This document shows positions 1 through 7,613 of a DNA stretch of 10,512 bases, one piece after another. The DNA lies in contig CAMTVO010000045.1 in the NCBI GenBank assembly GCA_947085205.1, positions 1 to 10,512 of the forward strand. The letters run 5' to 3'. A program made the translations under genes and the position numbers. The DNA is from an uncultured Nitrospiraceae bacterium (GTDB lineage: Bacteria; Nitrospirota; Thermodesulfovibrionia; Thermodesulfovibrionales; Dissulfurispiraceae). The first letter of the stretch is position 1. Each line of letters starts with the position of its first letter. Below the pieces are notes generated by a model that was given only the letters and a program-made list of their open reading frames with translations, was not told the origin of the DNA and did not search any database.

Positions 1-142
1 AAGAAAGCATAGACTCCAAAAAGGCCTTACAAAAACTGGAAGAGATAAAGAAAGTGACAAACTCATTGTAGCTACAATGAGTTTGTCACTTTCTTTATCT
101 CTTCCAGTTTTTGTAAGGCCTTTTTGGAGTCTATGCTTTCTT
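1..142. repeat. Perfect inverted repeat with no spacer (71-bp arms within the window), duplicating the trpD 3' end
   Basis: 1-71 is the exact reverse complement of 72-142, with the centre at TTGTAG|CTACAA. Plus-strand 3-71 encodes [22 protein letters not shown], identical to the TrpD C-terminus. Confidence 0.97.
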
Positions 143-1082
143 CTGCAATTTCACTTGCTGTCCTGAAGTCCTTTGCAAGTCCTGCAACTACAATTGCTGC
201 TGCTGAGTTCATGACCACTATGTCCCGCTTTGGGCCTTTGTCCCCATTGAGGATTGAAAGTGTTATATCCGCATTCTCTTTTTTGTTGCCTCCTGCAAGA
301 TCCCTGCAATCAGCCCTTTGAAATCCGAAGTCTTCCGGTGTTATGTAAGAGGTCTCGACTTTTCCGTCTTTATATCTCGAAACCCTTGTGCCGTCGCATA
401 TGGTTATTTCGTCAAGACCGTCTTCTCCATGAACAACCATTGCATCAACAGCGCCAAGGTTTCCAAGCACCGATGCCAACGGCTCTGTCAGTTTGTCGGC
501 AAAAACGCCCAATACCTGCCGCTTTGCACTCGCGGGGTTTGTGAGCGGGCCGAGGATATTGAATACTGTCCTTATGCCTATTTCCCTGCGCGGGCCGATT
601 GCGAATTTCATTGCAGGATGGAACAATGGAGCAAAGAGAAAACCGAAGTTCGTCTCAAACAGGCATTTTTCAACCTTTTCAGGGGGTAGTTCGATATTTA
701 CCCCGAGGGCCTCAAGCACATCTGCACTTCCAGACTGGCTCGATACCGAGCGGTTTCCGTGTTTTGCGACAGGCACTCCGGATGCAGCAACAACAATGGC
801 TGTTGTCGTTGAGATGTTAAATGTACCTGACATGTCGCCGCCTGTGCCGCATGTGTCGATAACCCCTTCAGGGGCTTTAATCTTTGTAGCCTTCTCCCTC
901 AGTATCTTTGCTGCGCCTGTGATTTCTTCTATTGTCTCACCCTTAATCCGCAAGGCTGTGAGGAATGCGCCTATCTGTGCGTCTGTGGCCTTACCTTCCA
1001 TTATCTCTGTCATGCACTCTGCCATTTCGGATTCGGAAAGGCTTATGTTTTGTATTACGAGACTTATGGCCTCTTTTATCAT
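72..1082 (-). CDS. trpD: Anthranilate phosphoribosyltransferase
   Basis: 336 aa with motifs [46 protein letters not shown] and DGLDEI. The start overlaps the trpG stop (ATGA). Confidence 0.98.
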   Translation of the reverse strand: MIKEAISLVIQNISLSESEMAECMTEIMEGKATDAQIGAFLTALRIKGETIEEITGAAKILREKATKIKAPEGVIDTCGTGGDMSGTFNISTTTAIVVAASGVPVAKHGNRSVSSQSGSADVLEALGVNIELPPEKVEKCLFETNFGFLFAPLFHPAMKFAIGPRREIGIRTVFNILGPLTNPASAKRQVLGVFADKLTEPLASVLGNLGAVDAMVVHGEDGLDEITICDGTRVSRYKDGKVETSYITPEDFGFQRADCRDLAGGNKKENADITLSILNGDKGPKRDIVVMNSAAAIVVAGLAKDFRTASEIAEESIDSKKALQKLEEIKKVTNSL

Positions 1083-1690
1083 GCCGTTTTCCCCAGCTTT
1101 ATGAAGTTCCTCAAAAGGTCCTTGCCCACTGTTGTGAGTATGGATTCTGGATGAAACTGAACGCCCTCGACTATAAACTCTTTATGCCTCACTCCCATTA
1201 TAATAATGTCTGACTCCTGACCCCTGACCTCTGACCCCTGACTCATATATGTCCATGCAGTTATTTCGAGGCAGTCCGGAAGTGTCTCTTTTTTTATTAC
1301 GAGGGAATGGTATCTTGTCGCCTCAAATGGATTAGGCAGGCCTTCGAATATCGTCTTTCCATCGTGATAAATCATGGATGTCTTTCCATGCATCAGATTC
1401 GGCGCCCTCACAATCTCTCCGCCAAATGCAGCTCCTATGGACTGATGACCGAGGCATACGCCTAAAATCGGGATCTTTCCTGCAAAATACTTGATTGCAT
1501 CTATGGATATTCCGGCCTCTCTCGGTGTGCATGGGCCCGGAGATATGACAATCCTTTCAGGATTCATTTTTTCTATGTCATCGATAGTTGTCTTGTCGTT
1601 CCTGAATACTCTAATATCCTCGCCAAGCTCTCCGAGATACTGGACGAGGTTGTATGTAAAAGAGTCGTAGTTGTCTATCATCAAAATCAT
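1079..1690 (-). CDS. trpG: Anthranilate synthase component II (class I glutamine amidotransferase, TrpG/PabA family)
   Basis: [16 protein letters not shown]-terminus, ISPGP, GVCLGHQ (catalytic Cys), RYHSL, QFHPES (His-Glu). Lies between trpE and trpD. Confidence 0.96.
   Translation of the reverse strand: MILMIDNYDSFTYNLVQYLGELGEDIRVFRNDKTTIDDIEKMNPERIVISPGPCTPREAGISIDAIKYFAGKIPILGVCLGHQSIGAAFGGEIVRAPNLMHGKTSMIYHDGKTIFEGLPNPFEATRYHSLVIKKETLPDCLEITAWTYMSQGSEVRGQESDIIIMGVRHKEFIVEGVQFHPESILTTVGKDLLRNFIKLGKTA
1210..1244. repeat. Five tandem heptamers CTGACYY inside trpG
   Basis: CTGACTC CTGACCC CTGACCT CTGACCC CTGACTC, encoding roughly [12 protein letters not shown] on the minus strand. Confidence 0.92.
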
Positions 1691-1692
1691 AT

Positions 1693-3180
1693 TTAACCCC
1701 TCTCAAAAAACTCTACGGCCTTCATCATTGCCATTGCCTTGTTTACGGTCTCCATATATTCTTTTTCCGGCACAGAGTCGGCAACAATCCCTGCGCCTGC
1801 CTGAACATATACCTTACCGTTTTTTATAATCAATGTCCTGATTGTGATGCAAGTATCCATATTTGCTGAATAGCCGAAATAGCCGACTGAACCTGCATAC
1901 GGCCCCCTTTTTGTAGGTTCAAGCTCCTCTATTATTTCCATAGCCCTTACCTTTGGAGCGCCTGTTACTGTACCTGCAGGGAAGCATGCCCTGAATACAT
2001 CAAAGGCATCAAGACCCTCCTTGAGCCTGCCTTCCACATTTGATACAAGATGCATCACATGGCTGTAACGCTCGACATTCATGAGTTCCGTAACCTTGAC
2101 AGAACCCATTTCCGAAACCCTTCCTACATCGTTCCTTCCCAAATCAACAAGCATTATGTGCTCTGCGAGCTCTTTCGGGTCTTTCTTTAAATCCTCTTCA
2201 AGTAATCTGTCTTCCTCTTCTGTTTCCCCTCTCTTTCTTGTCCCTGCAATCGGTCTGAGGGTTATTTTGTCTCCTTCGAGGCGCACGAGGATTTCGGGAG
2301 AAGATCCGACGATTTGCGACTCGCCTATATCGAGGTAATACATGTACGGAGAAGGGTTTATTATCCTTAAAGCCCTGTATATGTCAAAAGGATTTATGTC
2401 AGCCTTTCTCTCAAACCGCTGTGAAAGTACGAGTTGAAAAACATCGCCTGCCTTTATGTACTCCTTTGATTTTGTTACTGCGTTCAGAAAGTCCTCTTTT
2501 GTAAAATTGGAAGAAAAATCGCCGGTGGAGGCGATAGGCGATAGGTTATAGGCAATGGGTGTAGTCCCTTGCCTTAATTCTTCTATAATTTTATCTATAC
2601 GTCCCTCTGCCTCTTCGTATGCGTTTTTAATGTCTCTCCCCTCTGTGCGGGTGTTGCATACCACTTTTATAGTCTGTTTGAGGTTGTCGAAGACGAGGAC
2701 CGTATCGGTGAGCATGAGGAACACATCAGGCATGTCGATCTCCGGTTTTGGATTGTCAGGAATTCTTTCGAAGAACTTTACGACATCATAGCCTATGTAG
2801 CCTACAAAGCCGCCTGAGAACCTCGGCAATCCCTTAACATCGACAGGTTTGAATTTGGAAAGGATGTTCTTCACAAAATCAAGAGGGTCTGCTGCAGCAA
2901 TAAACCTTTCATCGGTGCGAGATCCTTCGAATTCCGCATTATGGGTTACTGTCGTCTCCCCTTTCCTGCAAATCACAGTCATCGACGGCTCTATGCCGAT
3001 AAACGAGTATCTCGCCCATTTTTCACCGCCGATAACGCTCTCTAAAAGGAAAGACGGCTTTTTGTTCAGCTTGAGATAGGCGCTTACAGGAGTCTCGACA
3101 TCTCCAAGTATCTCTTTGTAAAGAGGGATAAGGTTTCCCTTTTTTGACAGCTCTTTAAATTCGTTTAAGTTCAGATTCAT
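1693..3180 (-). CDS. trpE: Anthranilate synthase component I
   Basis: Motifs [49 protein letters not shown] and AGAGIV. Start placed at ATG 3180 (MNLNLNEF), which has AGGA just upstream, rather than TTG 3216. Confidence 0.96.
   Translation of the reverse strand: MNLNLNEFKELSKKGNLIPLYKEILGDVETPVSAYLKLNKKPSFLLESVIGGEKWARYSFIGIEPSMTVICRKGETTVTHNAEFEGSRTDERFIAAADPLDFVKNILSKFKPVDVKGLPRFSGGFVGYIGYDVVKFFERIPDNPKPEIDMPDVFLMLTDTVLVFDNLKQTIKVVCNTRTEGRDIKNAYEEAEGRIDKIIEELRQGTTPIAYNLSPIASTGDFSSNFTKEDFLNAVTKSKEYIKAGDVFQLVLSQRFERKADINPFDIYRALRIINPSPYMYYLDIGESQIVGSSPEILVRLEGDKITLRPIAGTRKRGETEEEDRLLEEDLKKDPKELAEHIMLVDLGRNDVGRVSEMGSVKVTELMNVERYSHVMHLVSNVEGRLKEGLDAFDVFRACFPAGTVTGAPKVRAMEIIEELEPTKRGPYAGSVGYFGYSANMDTCITIRTLIIKNGKVYVQAGAGIVADSVPEKEYMETVNKAMAMMKAVEFFERG
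2530..2557. repeat. Four degenerate tandem heptamers in the trpE interdomain linker
   Basis: GGCGATA GGCGATA GGTTATA GGCAATG, encoding [10 protein letters not shown] on the minus strand. Confidence 0.75.
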
Positions 3181-3226
3181 TTTTCCTATTTTAATTGATT
3201 CACATGTTTTTCGCAATTGCCGAAAC

Positions 3227-3256
3227 TTTACTTAAATCACGCCTATCTGTTATAAA
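3227..3256 (+). promoter_or_regulatory. Putative sigma70 promoter for tRNA-Val and the downstream operon
   Basis: TTTACT (3227-3232), an 18-nt spacer, then TATAAA (3251-3256) with an extended -10 TG at 3248-3249. Ends 16 nt before the tRNA. Confidence 0.45.
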
Positions 3257-3272
3257 TACAAGATAATTTCGC

Positions 3273-3347
3273 GGGCGATTAGCTCAGTGGGAGAGCGCTT
3301 CCTTCACACGGAAGAGGTCGCAGGTTCAATCCCTGCATCGCCTACCA
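3273..3347 (+). tRNA. tRNA-Val (anticodon CAC)
   Basis: 75 nt. Acceptor stem GGGCGAT/ATCGCCT, D-arm GCTC..GAGC, anticodon arm CTTCC-TTCACAC-GGAAG (CAC at 3305-3307), T-arm GCAGG-TTCAATC-CCTGC, encoded ACCA end. Confidence 0.98.
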
Positions 3348-3360
3348 TTGAAACAGCGGG

Positions 3361-3414
3361 TTGAGGTTGAGGTAAAGTTTGAGAAAACAAATCTTAGCCT
3401 GAACCTTAATTTTT
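3361..3414 (+). repeat. Imperfect hairpin built from hexamer repeats, between the tRNA and ugd (possible terminator or processing stem)
   Basis: TTGAGGTTGAGGTAAAG-TTTG-(AGAAAA)-CAAA-T-CTTAGCCTGAACCTTAA, followed by TTTTT. Confidence 0.55.
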
Positions 3415-3428
3415 AAGGAGACTGAAAG

Positions 3429-4727
3429 GTGCACATTGCAGTAATCGGAACAGGTTATGTAGGACTCGTTACAGGCGCATGCTTTTCAGAATTCGGCGTC
3501 TTCGTAACCTGCGTTGATAAAGATAAAAATAAGACAGAGTCTTTGAAACAAGGAGCTATCCCTTTTTATGAACCAGGCCTCGAAGAGCTTGTAAAGAGAA
3601 ATATCAAGCAAGGCAGACTGAAATTCACAACAGACATCGGAGAAGCAATCGAAGAATCGCTCGTCATCTTTATTGCCGTCGGCACACCTCCGAGAGAAGA
3701 CGGCTCTGCTGACCTCAGTTATGTGGATGAGGTTTCAAAAGAGATTGCAAACCATATAAAAAGCTACAAGGTCATCGTAACAAAAAGCACTGTGCCTGTA
3801 GGGACAGGAGAAAGAATAAGGGGTATAATCTCTCAGAATCTCAAAGAAGAGGTCGATTTCGATATAGTCTCGAATCCTGAATTCCTCCGAGAAGGCGCTG
3901 CGATAGAGGATTTCATGAGGCCGAACAGGGTTGTCATAGGAGCAAAGAGCCAGCAGGCAATAGCGATTATGAAAGATCTCTACAAGCCTCTCTATCTCAT
4001 CGAGACATCATTTGTAATAACAAATATAGAAACAGCGGAGCTTATAAAATACGCCTCAAACTCTTTCCTTGCCGCAAAAATCTCGTTTATCAATGAAATG
4101 GCGATGCTGTGCGAAAAGGTAGGTGCAGATGTTAATGTAGTTGCAAAAGGAATGGGGCTTGACGGAAGGATAGGGACGAAGTTCCTCCATGCAGGGCCGG
4201 GATTCGGCGGTTCATGTTTTCCTAAAGATACAAAGGCATTATTAAAAATCGCCGCAGACAAAGGCGTGAAGTTAAGTATAGTCGATGCGGCAATAAAGGC
4301 GAATGAAAATCAACTGGTGTGGGCAGCGGACAAGATTGAAAGTGCTTTTAATGACATCAACGGCAAAACTATTGCCGTTTTGGGGCTATCCTTCAAGCCC
4401 AATACAGACGACATAAGAGAAGCGCCTGCGATTTTCATTATTCAAAGCCTTTTAAAAGAAGGGGCGGCTGTAAACGCATACGACCCTGTTGCAATGGATA
4501 ATACAAAGGCAATACTGCCTGATATAACATATTGCAAAGATGCATACGATGCATGCGAAAATGCAGACGCTGTTGTCATTGTCACAGAATGGAACCAGTT
4601 CAGAAACCTCGATTTGGAGAGGCTTGCCAAGCTTTTGAAGCAGCCCTATTTCTTTGATCTCAGAAATATATATGACCCTCAGAGAATGAAAACGCTGGGA
4701 TTCAGATACTACTCTATCGGCCGATAA
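3429..4727 (+). CDS. ugd: UDP-glucose 6-dehydrogenase
   Basis: GTG start with SD AAGGAG (3415-3420). Motifs IGTGYVGL (Rossmann), AVGTP, KSTVPVGT, SNPEFLREG, ELIKYASN, GFGGSCFPKD (catalytic Cys), FKPNTDDIRE and DLRN. Confidence 0.97.
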   Translation: MHIAVIGTGYVGLVTGACFSEFGVFVTCVDKDKNKTESLKQGAIPFYEPGLEELVKRNIKQGRLKFTTDIGEAIEESLVIFIAVGTPPREDGSADLSYVDEVSKEIANHIKSYKVIVTKSTVPVGTGERIRGIISQNLKEEVDFDIVSNPEFLREGAAIEDFMRPNRVVIGAKSQQAIAIMKDLYKPLYLIETSFVITNIETAELIKYASNSFLAAKISFINEMAMLCEKVGADVNVVAKGMGLDGRIGTKFLHAGPGFGGSCFPKDTKALLKIAADKGVKLSIVDAAIKANENQLVWAADKIESAFNDINGKTIAVLGLSFKPNTDDIREAPAIFIIQSLLKEGAAVNAYDPVAMDNTKAILPDITYCKDAYDACENADAVVIVTEWNQFRNLDLERLAKLLKQPYFFDLRNIYDPQRMKTLGFRYYSIGR

Positions 4728-4755
4728 TCTTTCTGCCAATATGCGAGGTCTTAAC

Positions 4756-4923
4756 GTGAAGTGTAAAGAATGCAATGGCGAGCTGAGGTTGATTATCGGT
4801 TGAAAGACCGTATATTTCCGCTGCATGGAGTGCGGCATGGAGTTTAAGGTTTCTGAATATATCGATGAAATTGACGGCGATACATGGGACAGGATAGCCA
4901 TCAGGCCATGTAATCGAGCATAA
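4756..4923 (+). CDS. Small dual-CXXC (zinc-ribbon-like) protein with in-frame UGA; probable selenoprotein, 55 aa
   Basis: SD GAGGT (4745-4749) then GTG 4756. Translation MKCKECNGELRLIIG-U(TGA 4801-4803)-KTVYFRCMECGMEFKVSEYIDEIDGDTWDRIAIRPCNRA*. Fills the ugd-NYN gap and has a SECIS-like hairpin after the UGA. An in-frame ATG at 4741 is an alternative start. Confidence 0.85.
4805..4852 (+). promoter_or_regulatory. Putative bacterial SECIS element
   Basis: Upper stem GCUGCA (4820-4825)/UGCGGC (4831-4836) with loop UGGAG; UUCC (4816-4819)/GGAG (4839-4842) after an AU bulge; lower stem AGACC/GGUUU. The G-containing loop starts 22 nt after the UGA. Confidence 0.7.
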
Positions 4924-4935
4924 GGGAGGAATGTC

Positions 4936-5463
4936 ATTTCTTATATCATAATCGACGGATACAATGTCATCGGGATTTTCCATAAGGATATGGAAAAGGC
5001 GAGGGACGGGTTTGTTGACCTTCTGATAGGCTACAGAAAAATAAAGATGCATGACATCACAGTGGTCTTCGACGGACACAAGAGCGGCTCAGGTATTGAG
5101 AATGTGGCAGTTAGAGGGGGAGTGAAAATCATCTATTCAAGACTCGGAGACCGGGCTGATGATGTTATAAAGAGGCTTATATCGAAGGACAGAAGGGAAT
5201 GGATTGTGGTGACTTCTGACAGAGGCATTGCTGACCATGCATGGTCTGTGAATTCAATACCGATACCGTCAGACAGGTTTTTCGAGACAGTATCAAAGCA
5301 GATAAATCGGAATAACGCAGAAACAGAAACTACAGCCAAAGATGCCGATGAGTTTTTATACAAAGACCTTGATGATGCCGAATATTCCAATTCTTTAAAA
5401 GGCAATCCGAATAAGCTTTCAAAAAAAGAAAAAGCGGTCAGAAGGGCATTGAGCAAATTATAA
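4936..5463 (+). CDS. NYN domain (YacP/Rae1-like, PIN fold) putative endoribonuclease, probable AUU start
   Basis: The frame extends upstream of ATG 4990 to give SYIIIDGYNVIG (the DGYN motif), followed by VVFDG, ADDVI and VVTSDR. SD GGGAGG (4924-4929) lies 6 nt before in-frame ATT 4936. No in-frame ATG/GTG/TTG occurs between TAA 4923 and the motif. Confidence 0.85.
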   Translation: MSYIIIDGYNVIGIFHKDMEKARDGFVDLLIGYRKIKMHDITVVFDGHKSGSGIENVAVRGGVKIIYSRLGDRADDVIKRLISKDRREWIVVTSDRGIADHAWSVNSIPIPSDRFFETVSKQINRNNAETETTAKDADEFLYKDLDDAEYSNSLKGNPNKLSKKEKAVRRALSKL

Positions 5464-5465
5464 AA

Positions 5466-6359
5466 ATGGTTAATTGGTTTTTAAAGCTTAGACCTGCTGA
5501 TACTATAACCGCCTTATTCAGTTTTCTTCTTTTAATTCTAACTGCTATTTTTTACAAAAAAATCCCATCTGCGGGTTACCTCATGCTTATATATGCGTCA
5601 TTGATATTTTTTCAATTAACTGTTGTGCGTTTAAGCAGGCTTAACTTATTTCTCACATTGACCCGTGACATAGTATTCCCTGTAATCAGCGTCCTTATTA
5701 TATTTGACAGCCTTGAATTGATTGTTCACAATATCAATCCACAGGATCTGGACTATTTTCTTATAAGGCTTGATTATCTTATCTTTGGGGTTCATCCCAC
5801 CGTTGTTTTGGAAAAGATTATGAATCCATTGTTAACCGATGTTCTTCAAGTCGCTTACTCCACATACTATTTTCTGCCGGTAATGCTGGGTGTGGCGCTT
5901 AAACTGAAAGGCGGGGATGAAGACTTTGAAAAGTCCCTTTTTTTGATACTTCTGTGTTTTTATCTCTCTTATGTGGGTTATGTGCTTGTGCCTGCCCTTG
6001 GTCCGAGGTATGCGATGGAGCATCTCCATGAAGGAGAACTGGCAGGTTTTCTGGTATCCCGGCCCATTCAGGATACATTAAATCTTCTGGAGGGGATTAA
6101 GAGGAATGCTTTCCCCAGCGGACATACAGGGGTTACTCTTATAGTGCTGTTTTTGGCGTTCCGGTATGTAAGGCGGCTTTTCTGGATAATGTTGACTCCG
6201 GCGATACTTCTAATTATTGCCACCGTGTACTGCAGGTATCACTATGTGATTGATGTTATCGCAGGGATATTACTGACTGTTGTTACAATTGCTGTCGGTG
6301 AAGTATACTATTTCTTGCACAAAAGAAGAAATAATGAGCTTGCCAAACACCAAAACTAA
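5466..6359 (+). CDS. PAP2-superfamily polytopic membrane phosphatase/phosphotransferase (Aur1/IPC-synthase-like)
   Basis: Many hydrophobic helices; motifs PALGPR, AFPSGHT and RYHYVIDVIAG. Confidence 0.88.
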   Translation: MVNWFLKLRPADTITALFSFLLLILTAIFYKKIPSAGYLMLIYASLIFFQLTVVRLSRLNLFLTLTRDIVFPVISVLIIFDSLELIVHNINPQDLDYFLIRLDYLIFGVHPTVVLEKIMNPLLTDVLQVAYSTYYFLPVMLGVALKLKGGDEDFEKSLFLILLCFYLSYVGYVLVPALGPRYAMEHLHEGELAGFLVSRPIQDTLNLLEGIKRNAFPSGHTGVTLIVLFLAFRYVRRLFWIMLTPAILLIIATVYCRYHYVIDVIAGILLTVVTIAVGEVYYFLHKRRNNELAKHQN

Positions 6360-6411
6360 GGGAGGAATAATCATTGAGGAGAGAGACAATAAAACTTCCA
6401 AGAGCGGGACA

Positions 6412-7260
6412 ATGATACAGAGCATGACAGGTTTTGGTTCTGCGGAAAGGGATGGATTCAGGGTTGAGGTGCGCTCCTTAAATCACAAATACATTGATAT
6501 TTCTGTCAGGATGCCGTCTGTTTTAATGGAGCACGAAATGCCTATCAGGAACCTGATTAAGGAGAGGTTTACGAGGGGCAAATTTGATGTTAATATATCA
6601 CTTACGGATAAAAGGCAGTTGAAGGTGTGCGTTAACAAAGATATGGCAAAGGCTATGTACAACGCATTTTCGGAACTCCAGAAAGAATTATCTTTGCCGG
6701 GCTCTCTGAGTATCGACTTTTTTTCGGGGTACAGGGAGTTTTTAATGTCAGAAGAGCCGGAATATAATATAGAAGCCTTGTTCAGCGCCCTTAATGACGC
6801 TTTATCAAAGGTCGAGGAGATGCGGAGAAGCGAAGGCGAAACTCTGCGAGGAGAACTCGGAGAGCGGCTGAAAAGGCTCGAAAATATGCAGAGTGAAATA
6901 GAAGGGCTTTCAAAGGGGATGGCAGCTTCATATAAAAAAACGATTTCAAAGAGAATAGCCGAGCTTGTTGCCAATCTGTTGATAGACGAGACAAGGCTTG
7001 CGCAGGAAGTCGCCCTTATGGCACAGAAAAGTGACATAACGGAGGAGTTGGCGAGGTTTAAGAGCCATATACAGCAGTTTCATTCTTCTTTGGACAATGG
7101 AGATGTCATCGGCAGAAAGCTCGATTTTATTCTGCAGGAGATGAACAGGGAGTCAAATACCATCGCATCGAAGACCGATGATGTAAGGGTTATCAATTTG
7201 ACTATAGATATGAAGACCGACATGGAAAAGCTCAGGGAGCAGGTTCAGAATATTCAGTAG
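6412..7260 (+). CDS. yicC: YicC/YloC family endoribonuclease
   Basis: MIQSMTGFG N-terminus, EVRSLNHKY, DITEELARFKSH, GRKLDFILQEMNRESNTIASK, EKLREQVQNIQ. Standard position upstream of remA-gmk. The start may be further upstream (ATT 6373). Confidence 0.95.
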   Translation: MIQSMTGFGSAERDGFRVEVRSLNHKYIDISVRMPSVLMEHEMPIRNLIKERFTRGKFDVNISLTDKRQLKVCVNKDMAKAMYNAFSELQKELSLPGSLSIDFFSGYREFLMSEEPEYNIEALFSALNDALSKVEEMRRSEGETLRGELGERLKRLENMQSEIEGLSKGMAASYKKTISKRIAELVANLLIDETRLAQEVALMAQKSDITEELARFKSHIQQFHSSLDNGDVIGRKLDFILQEMNRESNTIASKTDDVRVINLTIDMKTDMEKLREQVQNIQ

Positions 7261-7282
7261 TTTTTGGCAGTAGATTTTGGCA

Positions 7283-7555
7283 ATGAAAAATATTCTTGTA
7301 AACATAGGATTTGGCAATGTCATATCAGCCGGCAGGGTTGTGGCTGTTGTAAGTCCAGGATCTTCTCCTATTAAGAAGCTGAGGGAAGAGGCAAGGGAGA
7401 GGGGCAAGCTTATAGACGCCACAGAGGGCAAGAAGACACGCTCTATAATAGTTACAGACAGCGACCATATTATACTTTCCGCGATTCAGGTGGAGACAAT
7501 AGCCCAGAGGATTTCCGGCCAGAGGGCTTCTGAGTCAAAGAAAGAATTTGAGTAA
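7283..7555 (+). CDS. remA: DUF370/RemA (YlzA) family regulator
   Basis: [29 protein letters not shown]...[31 protein letters not shown]; yicC-remA-gmk-rpoZ-coaBC synteny. Confidence 0.93.
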   Translation: MKNILVNIGFGNVISAGRVVAVVSPGSSPIKKLREEARERGKLIDATEGKKTRSIIVTDSDHIILSAIQVETIAQRISGQRASESKKEFE

Positions 7556-7613
7556 GCGTTCACTATGGCAGATTGCAGGCTGGTGAACGGTTACGAACTT
7601 GAAGGAACATAGC

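Noticed and set aside
1210..1244. CRISPR interpretation of the short repeats
   Set aside because: The 7-bp units have no spacers, and there are no cas genes.
2900..2945. Possible third heptamer remnant (TCGAATT CCGCATT) in a variable TrpE loop
   Set aside because: Only two imperfect units, compatible with chance.
3273..3428. tRNA-Val as the integration site of an island
   Set aside because: No integrase and no duplicated tRNA 3' end in the window; downstream genes are housekeeping-type.
4801..4803. TGA as a sign of an alternative genetic code (UGA = Trp or Gly)
   Set aside because: trpG ends in TGA at the expected position, Trp is encoded by TGG, and no other gene has an internal TGA.
4452..5079. 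Minus-strand ORFs 4452-4937 and 4714-5079 covering the ugd-NYN gap
   Set aside because: No recognisable motifs, and they are antisense to ugd, the selenoprotein candidate and the NYN gene, which explain the region better.
4756..5463. Selenoprotein and NYN ORFs share a frame and are separated by one TAA (possible fusion or readthrough)
   Set aside because: TAA is rarely recoded, and a strong SD directly after it indicates independent initiation.
6280..6411. Long N-terminal extension of YicC in the ORF track (starts 6280 or 6334)
   Set aside because: Overlaps the PAP2 gene, lacks a good SD, and the family begins at MIxSMTGFG.
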